This document shows positions 49,381 through 62,641 of a stretch of DNA of 64,000 bases, one piece after another (the stretch's first letter is position 1; each line of letters opens with the position of its first letter). A program made the position numbers and the translations under genes. A model generated the notes under the pieces. That model saw nothing but the letters and a program-made list of their open reading frames with translations. It had not been told where the DNA came from and did no database searches. Origin of the DNA: Azolla caroliniana (taxonomy: Eukaryota; Plantae; Polypodiophyta); assembly GCA_043228905.1 (NCBI GenBank), contig JBHGNT010000002.1, positions 7,006,001 through 7,070,000 on the forward strand, in the 5' to 3' direction.

Positions 49381-50824
49381 TGTGCAATATGTTGTGTAAT
49401 TTATGGTGCTAGGTGACATTCCTCCCGCATGGAACAAGCAACTTTTGAGCTATGTATGTCACAACACGATCCGCAGACAACTTGTCAAGCCGAAGATCTA
49501 GAGTTTCTTTTCCTTTCTCGTCCCATCTCTAATTCCAATTCAAACTCCAATAATAGGATTGGTCCCTTGTCTTTTGCAAATTGCCAACTCTATCGTCGAT
49601 CTTCAATGTTGTTTCTACCACAGTCTTGAATGTTTTGTGGGAATGAGCTCCATAATACCCCCATGTTTTTTACAATTGTAAAAACCAAGCACAATGATTG
49701 GAAATGAATGATGTTTTATATTAAGCACTTTTTACCCATCATTGCAGTTATTTCCAATACTAGATAGCCCCTAGCATAAAAGGAAAAATGTAAAAAACTA
49801 GAGCAAACAAGGAGAGAGAAGGAGGGGGGGTATTAGCGAGAAATATTGTTTGTACGTCAAATCATTGTAATGTCCAAAGTAAAAGTTTGGTGGTCTGGTG
49901 TTCTTTTAACATGAAATCATCACGAGTGTCTTCCTTTTTATTGATGGAGACAGTAGAGTGGTCTAGGGAGATAGTGAAAAAGTGTGCATACGCATAGAAT
50001 TGAGAAGAGGATGGGCTATCCGTGTGACAAAACAATGACATAAAGGGCAATAAAACTTCTCTTATTAGCAAATATTTGGCCCACATAGAGTAGATTCTTT
50101 TCATTTAGAGTGCGATTTGCTACTTGGAAATTGTCAGGGATAATTTGTTATTAAACCTTGGTGGAATGTGGATGGGTGTGGACTTTGAACCATAGTAGAA
50201 ATCGAACCCCTAAAAGTGGAGAAAGGCTTAAGACATGAGCCCATGGACCATAGGTTCATTAAATGCAATGATAGCAGTCTAGTAGGTGGGCGAGAAACCA
50301 AAGTTTTGAAATTGAATGTAGATAAGACGACATACTAACAAAGTTATGGACTATGACACACATGGATTTGTTGCATATGGTGAAATTTGGAAGAATACAT
50401 GCACTCATGGTTCGAAAGAGACAAAGAATTACTACGCTTTATAGTCCTCAAAAACAAGTAGGAGCATGAGATACTAGTGAGAAAAGCACGATACAAATGT
50501 ATATAGACAAGTTACGGTTAGAGAGGTTGGTCAACAAACGCCGGTTAAAAGGGTGGTTGGGGAGGCCACATGGACATTAGAAGTGATGGGTAAAACTCTT
50601 AAAGCTTAAAGGTTGGATATACGGTGCTGAGAAAGGATGTGTATATGAAGATGATGTTTGCTATGTATGTATGTATGATATGTATTATGGTCAAAGAGTC
50701 TAAGAGCATGATAAAGATGATGAGAAAAACAGTATAAAATGGTTACCTCACCCTAGAGCCCCCTCTACCCTCCCATGTATATGCAATTTCAGTTGTCCTC
50801 CTAGATAGCTAAACAATATAAACC

Positions 50825-53003
50825 ATGACACTCTTCCTGCCGCCGCGTTCGACCAGCCTAGAGAACCCCAAATTCCCGGCCACACAAAGCCCCACCGAAT
50901 TCCCGACCATATACCAATGCGACACCGTTGACCCCGACGCAAACCGGGAGAAACAAACCGTGGTGTCCGGCTTGAACGGCACCCTCCTCCGATCCCGCTC
51001 GTCCTTCCCGTACTTCATGCTCCTCGCTTTCGAATCCCCATTGGGCTGGCTCCGGTTCCTCATCCTCCTGGTGCTCTCGCCACTCGTGTGGCTCCTAGAC
51101 ACTTGTGTCTCCGAGGGGGCATCCCTACGCCTCCTCGTGTTTGTGGCGTGCGCGGGCGTGCGTGTGGCGGACATAAGATCCGCGGCCCAAGCGGTGCTTC
51201 CCAAATTCTATGTCCAGGACGTGCATCCCGAGGCGTGGCGCGTTTTCTCGGCATTGGGGAGGCGGTATGTTCTTACATCGAGCCCACGCTTGATGGTGGA
51301 GCCCTTTGCACTACAATATTTGGGGGCTGACGGGGTGATCGGCACAGAGCTTCACATTTTGTCCAGGTTTGGGCATCGCGCATCGGGATTCGTGCTTCCA
51401 TCCCGATGTATGATCGGGGAGGATAAAGCGATCGCGCTCCGGCAGTATTTCTTGGACTCCTCCGAGGGTGCGGGCCATGAACACACTTCCGAGGATGTCC
51501 TTGTTGGACTAGGCAATGGACCCAATGACCACCCTTTCCTCTCCCTTTGCAAGGTATATGATCACCACGTCTTATCCTTCATTTTGGGTGTTAGACTCCA
51601 TTCCATGGTTTCCATCAAATTTTATTTATTTTTGTCATCATCTCCATTGAGGGGCATATTTGGAAATAATTAAAAAATTATCCAGTGGGCAAATTGGGTA
51701 ATTGTAGAAGCAAGTATGGCTAAACGATTGACCAATCACTTTTGTGAAAGACCCCATTGCTTTGTGGTCTAGGCATGGACCTAGGGTTTCATGGTATAAT
51801 AAGGGGGGGGGGAATTTTTGTAGTCAATAGCCGTCCAACAAGAGAACACAAGACCCTATGAACCGGGACCATAATAAATCATAGATATCCTAATTATATG
51901 CAACTTTGTCGTCATCCACGCCAATTTGATGGGTGATGTCAACTTATTACATTAACAACTCCTTATTACATTAACAATGTTTAAATATCTCTTTGTAACT
52001 ATGTTTTTTGTTACATTAGCATATGCTTTACCAAGATGTTACTTTTCTTTTGCTAAATTTTAAAATCAACTTTCGCATTGATTTATATCACTTTATTTCA
52101 TTTTGCTTGTAGGAGGGATACATTGTTCCTCGACTTCCTAAAATGGATGCATTACCTCCATCAAGACTTCCTAAAACCCTCATATTTCATGATGGAAGAT
52201 TAGTTAAGAAGCCCACAACATTATGTGCATTAATGACAATCCTATGGCTTCCTATAGGCTTTGTCTTGATGACACTAAGAATTATCATAGGACTCACTCT
52301 TCCAACGAGCATGTTATACTATGGCTATAAAGCCTTGGGAATACGGATTATTGTAAAAGGCACACCACCTATTTCCATGAAGGACAAAAAGAGGCACGGT
52401 GTGCTATTCGTGTGCACACATAGAACATTAATAGATCCTTTAATTGTATCATGTGTTGTTAGAAAGCCGGTTATTGCATTGACCTACTCATTGTCGCGAC
52501 TAACTGAGGTCTTCTCTCCAATACCAACAATGCGGTTGACACGAAATAGGGAGAAAGATGCATTGACTATTTGCAATCTACTAAAGCAGGGAGATTTAAC
52601 GATTTGTCCAGAAGGGACAACATGTAGGGAACCCTTCTTGTTAAGGTTTAGCTCCCTATTTGCAGAATTAACTGATCATATCATCCCTGTTGCTATTAAT
52701 TGCCATGTGGGAATGTTCAATGCTACCTCAGCAAGAGGGTGGAAAGGACTAGATAGCTTTTACTTCTTTTTGAACCCAAGCCCAATCTATGAAATCACAT
52801 TCCTTAACAACTTACCCCAAGAGCTCACATGTGCTGGTGGAAAATCCCCTAACGAGGTTGCCAATTATATCCAACGTACACTTGGAGCCACCCTCAACTT
52901 TGAATGTACAAACTTGACACGCAAGGATAAATATTTGACACTAGTAGGCCATGATGGAAGTGTTTCATTTGACCAAAAATATTCTAAATATACTATAAAT
53001 TGA
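50825..53003 (+). CDS. GPAT: Land-plant sn-2 glycerol-3-phosphate acyltransferase (GPAT1-8/RAM2 family), join(50825..51553,52113..53003), 539 aa
   Basis: N-terminal HAD-like domain ([22 protein letters not shown]) and PlsC motifs HRTLIDP and [16 protein letters not shown], plus TRKDKY. A phase-0 GT-AG intron falls at the family-typical CK|EGY position and both exons are in frame. Confidence 0.95.
51554..52112 (+). other. GPAT intron
   Basis: AAG|GTATAT donor and T-rich TTGCTTGTAG|GAG acceptor. Confidence 0.9.
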
Positions 53004-53240
53004 GCAGAGTTCCAGACACCATGACAATATGGGTGACTTTCATATGGGAAGCATAATGCAAGAAACTTGGTGTTATGCATGATGCTTGTGTATACAAGAT
53101 TTTACAAACCTCATGATAAATTGGATACATGTGTATGAGTTTACTTGGTATGAGATCTTCATCCATATGAAGCTATTAATAAGATGCCAAGAACTTTCAA
53201 TACTCATAAATGGTGAGTTCACCATTGTAATTATTATGAA

Positions 53241-53358
53241 TGATCAATTTGATGTATGTTCCAAAACACAAATACTTGTTTTTTTCTACCACTATGATTA
53301 TGTTGCTTAGTGATCTATTTGATGTATGTTCCAAAACACAAATACTTGTTTTTTCTAC
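53241..53358. repeat. Duplicated ~48-bp segment downstream of GPAT
   Basis: TGATC.ATTTGATGTATGTTCCAAAACACAAATACTTGTTTTTT at 53241 and 53311. Confidence 0.85.
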
Positions 53359-56300
53359 AATATATGTTGCTTCCATGGTGGGCGTTATTTCCTAGGAGCA
53401 TATATTGACTAATATAAGTTCAGTGTTCATACCATATTTTTGCCCCCAATTTGTCCACTTGAGCTTCAAATATTATAGTTGTAGCGTAAACCTCCTATGA
53501 GATGTAGTTCTTGTCATATTCAATATAGTTATTTTTCTTTCTTTTCTTTTCTTTTCTTTTCTTTTCTTTTTTCCAAAAAATCTCCTTCCATTAGTTATAA
53601 AGAGTTTACAGATGAGATAATTATATACAAATCCCTATAGGGACACGATAGGTCCATCTTATGTGGATGCCAACTGCCTCAAGAAAAGGAGAGGACGACC
53701 ATTATTGGATAAAGGCTAGTCGTTGTCTTTCAACTCTATCGGAGTTGCCCTTGAGGCCATCATATTGGCTCTTTAGAGTGGCTACAGCTTCACGCCATAT
53801 CTCTTGCATTAACATTATTGGTTGCGTGCTTTGGTTGGAAAAGACCCGTCTACACCATTTTTTCCATAGAATCCAAAGAGTTATTGGGTTGACCAAGTCC
53901 AACACAACTTGAGATTTGGCACTAATAGGAGTTGAGTGGATATTGCCGATGGTGGAGAAAAAAATCTCTTGTGCTTTTATAACCAAAGTCATCCCCTCTT
54001 CCTGATGCTCATAACTGTCAATTGGGACCTGCCATGATAGCCAACATACATTCCCCCACTTGATTGAGCCTTTCACCTGGCATAATTGCAATAAGCGGCC
54101 AATCCCCCACCATATTCAATGGGACTTTGGGCAGTCCCATAGAGCATGTCGTGTGGATTCTAATACAGTTGGACACGCTACACAATTAGGAGAGTTGAGG
54201 TTCCCATGTTGCCATGCACCAACCGGTAGTGACTTATGTATTAATAGCCATTGGAAAGTGGTGATTTGCCTCACGTGTTGTTGGTTCAAGAGTTTTTGCC
54301 AAAACTTGGTGATAATTGTGTAAGGAACATGATATGTGTGCCAGACCTTTGCAGCAACCGGCTCTCGGGTGGATTGAGCGGCTATAATATGGCGACCCAA
54401 TCTAGTTGTGAATTGAAAGAAAGGGATAGGTTTGCTTCCTTTCCCCACGTAAGGGTCACACCATGTCCATTGCAAAGGGTTCCAATTGACCTTATGTAGC
54501 CATGTGTTTTCATGAGTACATATGTGCCAATCTGGTTGTACTTTGATCGGATCAGGATCCACAATACTTTTTTTCCCAGTATATGCTAGTATTCGAATTG
54601 CCTTATGTTGTGTTGATGTCTCGTTGTCCTGCAATTTAGAGCCTTCGATCGTGTCCGGTGTCGTGGAAAAAACCGCCCCTAGGAGGAATCAAGGGGAAGA
54701 GGCGTGACCCAATCCTTTTCGTGTGTGTGTGTTTATGAATTGTACATAGCTAGGAATAGATCGGTTGATGTACATATGTACCAGGAAGGGTATTAATTGT
54801 CTAGGGAATCGATTCAAATCTCTGTCCGAAAGGACAGAGAATAAAGTTGATCTGTTTGATGTAACGACCTCCTCCACGACCTATAAAAGGGAGGGGAGAA
54901 GAAGAAGAAACTATCGCGTTTTGGCGAGGACAAAGTGTTGTCGGATTGGGAACCGAGCTCTCTCCTCCTCTATTGTTGCTCTCCACTACGTTTTTGTGTT
55001 GGTTGCCTCTATTACATGTAAGCCCGTGTGCTTCCAGCAGAGGCTCCACCGTGCGTTCTCTATTTCGTCCGTGTGTGTGCGTAGGACCTCTGTTTTGGGT
55101 CTGTTGCCGGTTTGCTGGTTGTAATCGTTGTTGACATAGTAATTGAATCTTCTGTTCCCGTCTCTCTCTCGTTGTGTTTCTGTGAATCGCTCTCCCTCTT
55201 CTTTCTCATGCTCCTTGGTTCAGGGCCCTCGCGGTTCCGCCTCATTTCACACGCGAGAGCGTAACAACATGACATCTTTGGTGACTCTGACGTGAAAGAA
55301 GGCGGCAAAGGAGTTGAAGATGAGGGGATCTGAGCTTGCTGAAGCTATGGCAGTAGCCGTCGACCAGCTAGTGAGTGCTCGTGAGGGAACGGGTGCCCTT
55401 GATAGGGCCATAGAATCGATTGTTGGCACCATAGGCCGATTCGGTGGGAAGAGTGCCACGAGCTATTTGGAGGCCTATCGGGCCGAAATGATCATGAAAG
55501 ACATCTCGGAGGACAGATGGTTGTCCGGATTCCCTTGAGTGGTGATGCTGAGCATCCACGCGGAGGTGCTCGAGGTGCTGGCCAGATGTTAGGCTTGGGT
55601 GGAGCTCGAGGGATGGCTCCTCGAGAAGTACGGGTACGACGATTTGCTTTGGCTGTCGAAGCAGGACTTCATGGCTTGGGTTGAGAGCCCTGGAAAGGGG
55701 AGGAACACATTGGTGCTCCTCCAGGAATTCGAACAACGATTCGCTAGGCTGTCGGCGCTGGATCGGACTGTGCTCGACATGAGCAGGGTCTTGTTGTTCG
55801 TCAAGTCGGTGCATGCACTGGATCGGGAGAAGGTGGTTCTCCTATTGGAGACGGATGACGGCCTCACGGCCGACTGGGCCGTGGTCAAAGGGGTCTGCGC
55901 CCGCTTTGACAAGCGGCACGAGTGGAGTGATGAGGGCTCGACGACGTCGGGGCCGGTCCCAGCGAGGAAGCTCGAGGAGCTGGTATCGGTGCCCGCTGGG
56001 AAGGAAGAGACTTGGAATTGGCTCGAGACGGGCCTAGCCTCGAGCGGAGTGGTCCAAGGCTCTTTCGGAGGAGCGGCTCTGGAAGAGCTGACACAAATGG
56101 TGCGCGACCTCCAGATCACACAAGCACAGAGGGACAGCGGCGATCAACCTCGTGACCGGAGGCCGTTGATGGGGCAACGATGCATATGGTGTGACGCGGT
56201 CGGTCACATCCGGAAAGAACACGCGGATTTCACAGAGGCACTCCTGGCCAACGTGGTGTACCTCTAGAATGGGCGGGTGCATGCCAGAGACATCTGGAAA

Positions 56301-56858
56301 GCCCTAGAGTTGAACACCGGGCGTGGCGGGATGAAGCGCTTGATGGAAGAAGCCGCGATGTGACATGCAGAGGTTGTCCACTGCTCTGCGTCGGCGGGTA
56401 TCCGGGTCAGGGGTGACGAGGGCCGGAAGGCGAAAGACTCCGGATTCTGGCCGCTGGTGCTGAAAGGCCTCTCCGGGGTACGACTAAAGAAGGAGGAGGC
56501 GGACCGCGCGGAACAACGTATCCGGGAGGTCACCGGATGGGACGATCCGGTTGAAGAAAAGACTGGTTTCGTGGAAGCCGCATGCCAGAACTACGAGGTT
56601 CTAGTAGAAGACAAGCGCGCGGGAAGGGCTAGGGGCGCCGGTCCCTTACAACGGTACGAGACCCGGTTTGGACAAAAGCAGAACGATGTTGGCAACACCG
56701 TGGTGCCGAATAAAACGAAAAGGGCCGGTTACCGGCTGAGCACGAACATTGAGAGGTCAACGGAAGTGCGGAAGGTCCTTGAGGAGTGGATTCTCGACAG
56801 CAAGGTGGAGTTGTTGCTGAGGGAGGTGCTTGGAATCGCCAAGAAGGAGTTCCACGAC

Positions 56859-57320
56859 TGTTACTCCTTAGGGCCGGACAATAGCGTAACAAAGAGTGTC
56901 TACAGAAGACACATCACCAAAGGGTGTTACGGTGAAACAAAGTTAGACCGACAATTAACCAGACCTTAATCGATTACTTAAGCAACATATCATTAATCTT
57001 AATACACGCGTAAGATAGAAAGTAATTAGCATAGAACGGTAATCAATACACAGAGATAAGACAATAGAGCTTTATTAATTATCCGTCTTCATTTACAATG
57101 TAATCGGGCCTTTTTATAGATCACCAGCTCTGCCTACAAAACAGTGCCAACCGGCACACTAATATGAACCGGTCCGGATCCGGATCGGCATACCGATTCT
57201 GGTCCGTCCGTTCACTTCTCTAAAATCTACTTAATTACTTAATATCCTAATAACAACTTCTGATTATTTCTGCCCTTTCATATTCTGGACTATTCTCCAC
57301 TCCTTGCCAGCTGGCTAACA
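56859..57320 (-). repeat. Solo LTR inserted in gag of G
   Basis: TGTTA...TAACA with TSD ACGAC/ATGAC. Removing it restores KKEFHDSIVDLVKRKR. Confidence 0.88.
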
Positions 57321-57909
57321 ATGACTCCATTGTGGACTTGGTGAAACGGAAGCGCCTCTCGACGGATCCGGAGCCGGAGAAGCTTGTGGAGGTGCGGACG
57401 ACGCACCTAGAAGACACGACCCTAGAGGATGAGTTGACAGACAGCTACTACGCGAAGCCGCATTGGGCCAGGGCCACTACGGAGACCACTGTCCGGGTTG
57501 GGGACGTGCATGAGCCGGTGGTGGCATTGATAGACCATGGGTCGGAGATCAATCTGATGTCCATGGACTTCTACAAAAAGGGGAAGTGGCCGATCAACAC
57601 CAAGCACTGGTGGCAAATACACGCGGCGACAGGTCCTACGGAGGAGCTACATGGTGCATGCCTGAATGTACGCGTAAAGATCGACGACATTGAAATAGAT
57701 CAACACTTCTTTGTGCAGGAGAACTCCTTGCACCCTGTGATACTTGGTGAGCCATACATTACGGCGGCACAGATGGAAACGAAGGTGCTTAACAACGGAT
57801 CGGCGTACGCGTGAGTGAAGAGCCAGGACGGACATCGCTCCGTTCATATTTTGACAGTGAAGCTGAACCATGAGCGTAACCGTGAGACCCTCGGCGGCGA
57901 GAGCCGAGG

Positions 57910-57975
57910 GGATTTTTAGAGAGGGCTATCAAGGCATGGGGCCGCGATAGTCCGGACACCCCGGAAGAACCCCAC
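57910..57975 (+). promoter_or_regulatory. Putative -1 ribosomal frameshift signal of G
   Basis: In-frame G GAT TTT TAG, 6-nt spacer, stem GGGCTATC/GATAGTCC, loop TGGGG complementary to downstream CCCCA. The same signal is in A at 6157-6092. Confidence 0.75.
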
Positions 57976-60900
57976 ACATGTACCATAGGTAGAAAATTTT
58001 GGTTCTCCGATAACAGAGGTTGTACCATAGCCGGCATTAGTGGCCAAGAAAGGAAGCGGGCGGAAGGAAGACTCAGGGGGGTCCTCGGCCCCGGTGAAGA
58101 GATTGGCAGTGCCGTGGAGGCGGTCTCCTTCAATGACACCTTGGGGGAATAACGGGAGGTTGTTGAAGGAGGCCTTAGTGAAGACCGGGCAGTTCCGGTT
58201 AGTTCAGTAGAGATGTGCGAAGTCATCGTTGACTTCGAGGAAAAGGTCGGGTCCGGTCGGACGGCCCATGTGGATCCAGATACAAGACTGTGGACCGAAA
58301 GGTGAGGCTAGTCGTGGCACCCTTGCCGGAGGGCAATGGAGAGTGGATAAAGGGGGTCGCGTCGAACCCAAGTTTACATCAACCGGTCGGCATAGGGCAC
58401 CAATTCACCGACATAACGCTACAGGAAGTCAAGGTTGGTGGGGGTGGGTTTCTACTGCCAGTGGAGGAGGACCGGTTTCAGAGGATGCTCGGAAGGCACG
58501 GGAGAACCTTCGCATTCTCGCCGGAGGAGATCGGGTGCGTAGACCCGACGATCGTGGTGCCGATGGTGATATTCACGGTGCCAAATGTGCCATAGAATCT
58601 CAAGCCGATTCCAGTCCCCAGAGCTCACATCCCGAAGTTGATGGAGGTACTGAAGCAGAAGGTGGAGATGGGCATCCTTGAACCGTCGAACGCCCCATAT
58701 TCGAATCGGTGGTTTACCGTGCCAAAGAAGAACGGCACGCTGCACTTCATTCAAGACCTGCAACCGGTCAACAAGGTGACCATTCGTAATGCAGGTATCG
58801 GATCGACGATAGACGAGTTCGTGGAAGCCTTCACCGGAAGGTCAATCTATTAAGTTGGTGATCTGTATTCGGGGTACGATCAGTTCCAACTAGCCATGGA
58901 GAGCAGGGATATCACGACAATGCGGACCCCTCTCGGCTTGGTGCGGATGTGTACCCTGCCGCAAGGAGGGACAAACTCGGTGGCGCACATGGTGAATGCG
59001 ATGAACAAGGTGCTAAGGGACTGCATCCCAGACATCACCATGCCATTCCTGCATGACATCCCACGAGGCGGTTGGGCCAGACGGATGCCGAAGGTTCGTC
59101 ACGGACCACATTAATGACTGCGAGAAGGTGCTGCAAAGGCTGGAGGACGCGCGGCTCACCTTCTCCGGGGAGAAATCGGCGTTCGGCCAATCGGAGATCC
59201 TAGTGGTTGGTCACTTGTGCGGGCCCTACAGCCGGAAACCGTGTCCGGAAAAGGTGGAAGCCATCTCCGTAATGAAGGAAGAGTGCAAGTCGGTTACGGA
59301 GGTGCGGAGGTTCCTGGGTGTGTGCGTGTTCTACCACATCTGGATTCCGCACTACGTACACGTCGCGGAACCACTTTACGGGTTGCTGAAGAAGGGGCGC
59401 AAATTTGAATGGGGCAAGGAGCATGTGGAGTCGATCCAGAGCTTGAAGGAGGCACTTACCGCAGCATCGGCTCTCACGAAGGCGGTTTATGGCAAGGAGA
59501 TCCCCATCTACGTAATTGTTGACACAAGCCCTACCGGGATCGGATGGGTGATCAATCAGGAGGACGAGAGGGGAGCGCGGTTCCCGATCCGGTTCAGGGC
59601 AAAGGTTCTCAGTGAGCGACAGCGAGGATACGCCCAAGTTAAGCGCAAACTATGGGGTATCGTTTCGACAGTTAAGGCCGACAAATATTATCTTATAGGG
59701 ACGGAGCTAATAATCGAGACGGACTGCCTACCGATTCTCAGTATGATTTTCGGATGCACGACTCCAGACCTAGCAATGCTCAGGTGGATCGTGTACATCA
59801 AGTCCCTAAATCCGGAGATATGGCACATCTTCGGGAAGGACAACGCCATGGACGACATGCTTTCAAGAGCGCAGTTCGACGACGAGGACGGCATGGTTTC
59901 GGAGGACGAGGAAGTCGGCGTAGACTTCTTCGAGACGGCATACATAACAAGGGAAAGGGGCCCTCCGGCGCTTCACGAATTCCGTGAAGGTGAGTACAAC
60001 GAGGAGTGGCTCCAGATCAATAGGTTCCTAAAGACAATGACACCAGACGCAACGTGGACAAAGGAAGAGACTAACCGGATCCGAAGAAAGCTTACCGGTT
60101 CTTCCTACGGGAAGGGAACATATGGAGGCGCCCTAAGAAGCGAGGCGGTGTCCCACTCCGCGTAGTAGCGAGAAAGGACGAGTAGGACGCGTAGCTTACG
60201 GCGTACCATGAGAGTCCTTGGGCCGGACATCGCGGGACATGGGCCTCTTTCGAGAATCTGAATGAGAAGTATTGGTGGCCAGGGCTGTACCGGGATGTGT
60301 ACCAATTCGTGACAATGTGTGAAAGTTGTCAGATGCACTCCGCGATCTGGCATCGAGACGAGCTGCACCCAACCTACTTGCCGACCATCCACTTCAAATG
60401 GATGGTGGACCTAGTGACAATGTTGATGGGAGTAGGGCAGATGCGGCATCTGGTGCTTGCACGGGAAGATTTAACGAACCAAGTGGAAGGCCGCGCACTG
60501 ACAAACAAGACGACTACGACGGTGTGCCGGTTCCTGATCGAAGAGGTAGTGTGTCGGTACAGATGCGTGGGGAAAATCGTGGCGGATCGGGGAGAGCTGG
60601 ACGCGTAGGAAGCTGAGGAGTTGTTTGACCAGTTGGGGGTCAAGCTCTCCCTCACTACAGCGTACAATCCGGAGGCAAATGGGAAGGTAGAACGCGGACA
60701 CAGAACAATCGTGAAGGCTTTGGTACGAGCGTGTGAAGGGCAGGTTGGGAATTGGCCGTGGCTTCTACCCTACGCGTTGTGGGCAGACCGGACTACGCAC
60801 AATTCGGTGACAGGGTTCATGCTGGCGGAGTTGATGTGGAAGGGATGATCGCTTCGTGGGTCGTGATGGACTGGAAGGACGAGATGAGCCGGGAAGAGTT

Positions 60901-62641
60901 GCTGGCGGTGCGGATTCGGCAGCTTGAGCGATGACCGGAGAACGTGGAGCGGGCGATGACGAAGCTGCGTACGATGGGTGAAAGGAACAAAGGCTGGTTC
61001 GATCGAACACACTAGTTGAGAACGAAGAAGATCGAGGAAGGTGACTGGGTGTTGGTGTATGACAATAGCCTTGATAATCAGCACAAGGCGGTGCATAAGT
61101 TTGCGAGGAGATGGTTTGGGCCCTACATGGTGACAAGCACGAATGACAACGACACGTATCATCTCGCAGAGCTCGATGGGACGCGGATAGCGGTACCGGT
61201 GGCCAGCAAGAGGGTCAAGATGTTCAAGAAACGGCATGAGGACGACCTGGTGACTGATGGTGGCGGTGATGCCCGAATCGGGGAAGGCAAGGGTTCTGAA
61301 AACGATGAGTGATCTAGGGTTTCTACCAAGGGTGTTCCTACCTGGCACATACTGGTGGACATGCGGTTTTCTTGGGGTGGATGTCGTGGAGAAAACCGTC
61401 CCTAGGAGGAATCAAGGGGAAGAGGCGTGACCCAATCCTTTCTGTGTGTGTGTGTGTTTATGAATTGTACATAGCTAGGAATAGATCGGTTGATGTACAT
61501 ATGTACCAGGAAGGGAGTATTAATTGTCTAGGGAATCGATGCGAATCTCTGTCTCAAAGGACAGAGAATAAAGTTGATCTGTTTAATGTAACGGCCTCCT
61601 CAGCGACCTATAAAAGGGAGGGGAGAAGAAGAAGGAACTATCGCGTTTTGGCGAGGACAAAGTGTTGTCAGACTGGGAACCGAGCTCTCTCCTCCTCTAT
61701 CGTTGCTCTCCACTACGTTTCTGTGTCGGTTGCCTCTGTTGCATGTAAGCCCGTGTGCTTCCAGCAGAGGCTCCACCGTGCGTTCTCTGTGTCATCCATG
61801 TGTGTGCGTGGGACCTCCATTTTGGGCTTGTTGTCGGTTTGCCGATTGTAATCGTTGTTGACATAGTAATTGAATGTTCTGTTTCCATCTCTGTCCCTGT
61901 GTTTTCTATGAATCGCTCTCCCTCTTCTTTCTCACACTCCTTGGTTCAGGGCCCCCGCGGTCCCGCCTCATTTCACACGTGAGAGCGTAACAACATGACA
62001 CCAGTGTGTCCCTACCTCTTGGGATCAAAGAGCCCTCGTCCTTGTAGCCTATTCATTTCTCCGTTATTTTCCTTTGATGAGCAACTTCCCTAATCAGTAG
62101 AGTGTTAATGATTTCAGATCTCATAGCCCATCCGCCCCTAATTCCATGGAGGATGTTGGCTTGGTCTTGTATTGGCAATGACATAAACCGTCTTCAACAT
62201 TGTATACTTTTTCCTGGACCTTCCAACATGTATCCCCATGACAACCCCTTACTTGATCTAATTAGTTGATTAGATACATCCCTAATACATGGGTTCCATA
62301 GGATATGTTGACTGAGCCAGGCAGGTTCAGAATTGGGTTGATCGCACTTGAGTCCTCGTCTAATGTCACACCACGCCTTCCACATGGGTGCACTAAATCT
62401 ATCCTCCAGTTGGCGGGAGAAACTAGGTTTGAGATCCATGTTTAGAATCCATCCAGTTTGGGGGACCCAATTGGTCCCTTTTCGTGGCCTAAAGTAAGCA
62501 AAGCATAACCCCAGTAACATTTTCCAACAGTCATTCCCTGGTTGGAGTCCTCACACCTTTGCCAAAATTTATTGTATACTTGTTTTGAGAAATATTTGGA
62601 TGCGTTTTTCCTTGTTCTATCTAGGTAAAATAACTCCCAAT

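Larger units (their letters stand above)
54659..62000 (+). mobile_element. Element G: full-length degenerate tRNA-Trp-primed Ty3/gypsy-type retrotransposon
   Basis: LTRs 54659-55274 and 61382-62000, TSD CCGG/CCAG, degenerate Trp PBS 55279-55296, PPT GGGGTGGA. Gag from 55320, protease ALIDHGSEINL, RT ~58600-59400, RNase H ~59500-59880, integrase ~60200-61310. No chromodomain seen. Confidence 0.94.
53532..62641 (-). mobile_element. L1-like LINE, 3' part of ORF2 (53532-54658 and 62001-62641), split by G and cut by I
   Basis: C-terminal CCHC finger CVACPTVLESTRHALWDC, W-rich tail LWILWKKWCRRVF, and a (GAAAA)n tail at 53532-53572. Confidence 0.85.

Noticed and set aside
48063-49430. Possible terminal inverted repeats CATG...GTCAC / GTGAC...CATG
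   Set aside because: Match too weak and no TSD found.
51554-51673. C-terminal 39 aa of the 282-aa ORF
   Set aside because: Read-through into the GPAT intron.
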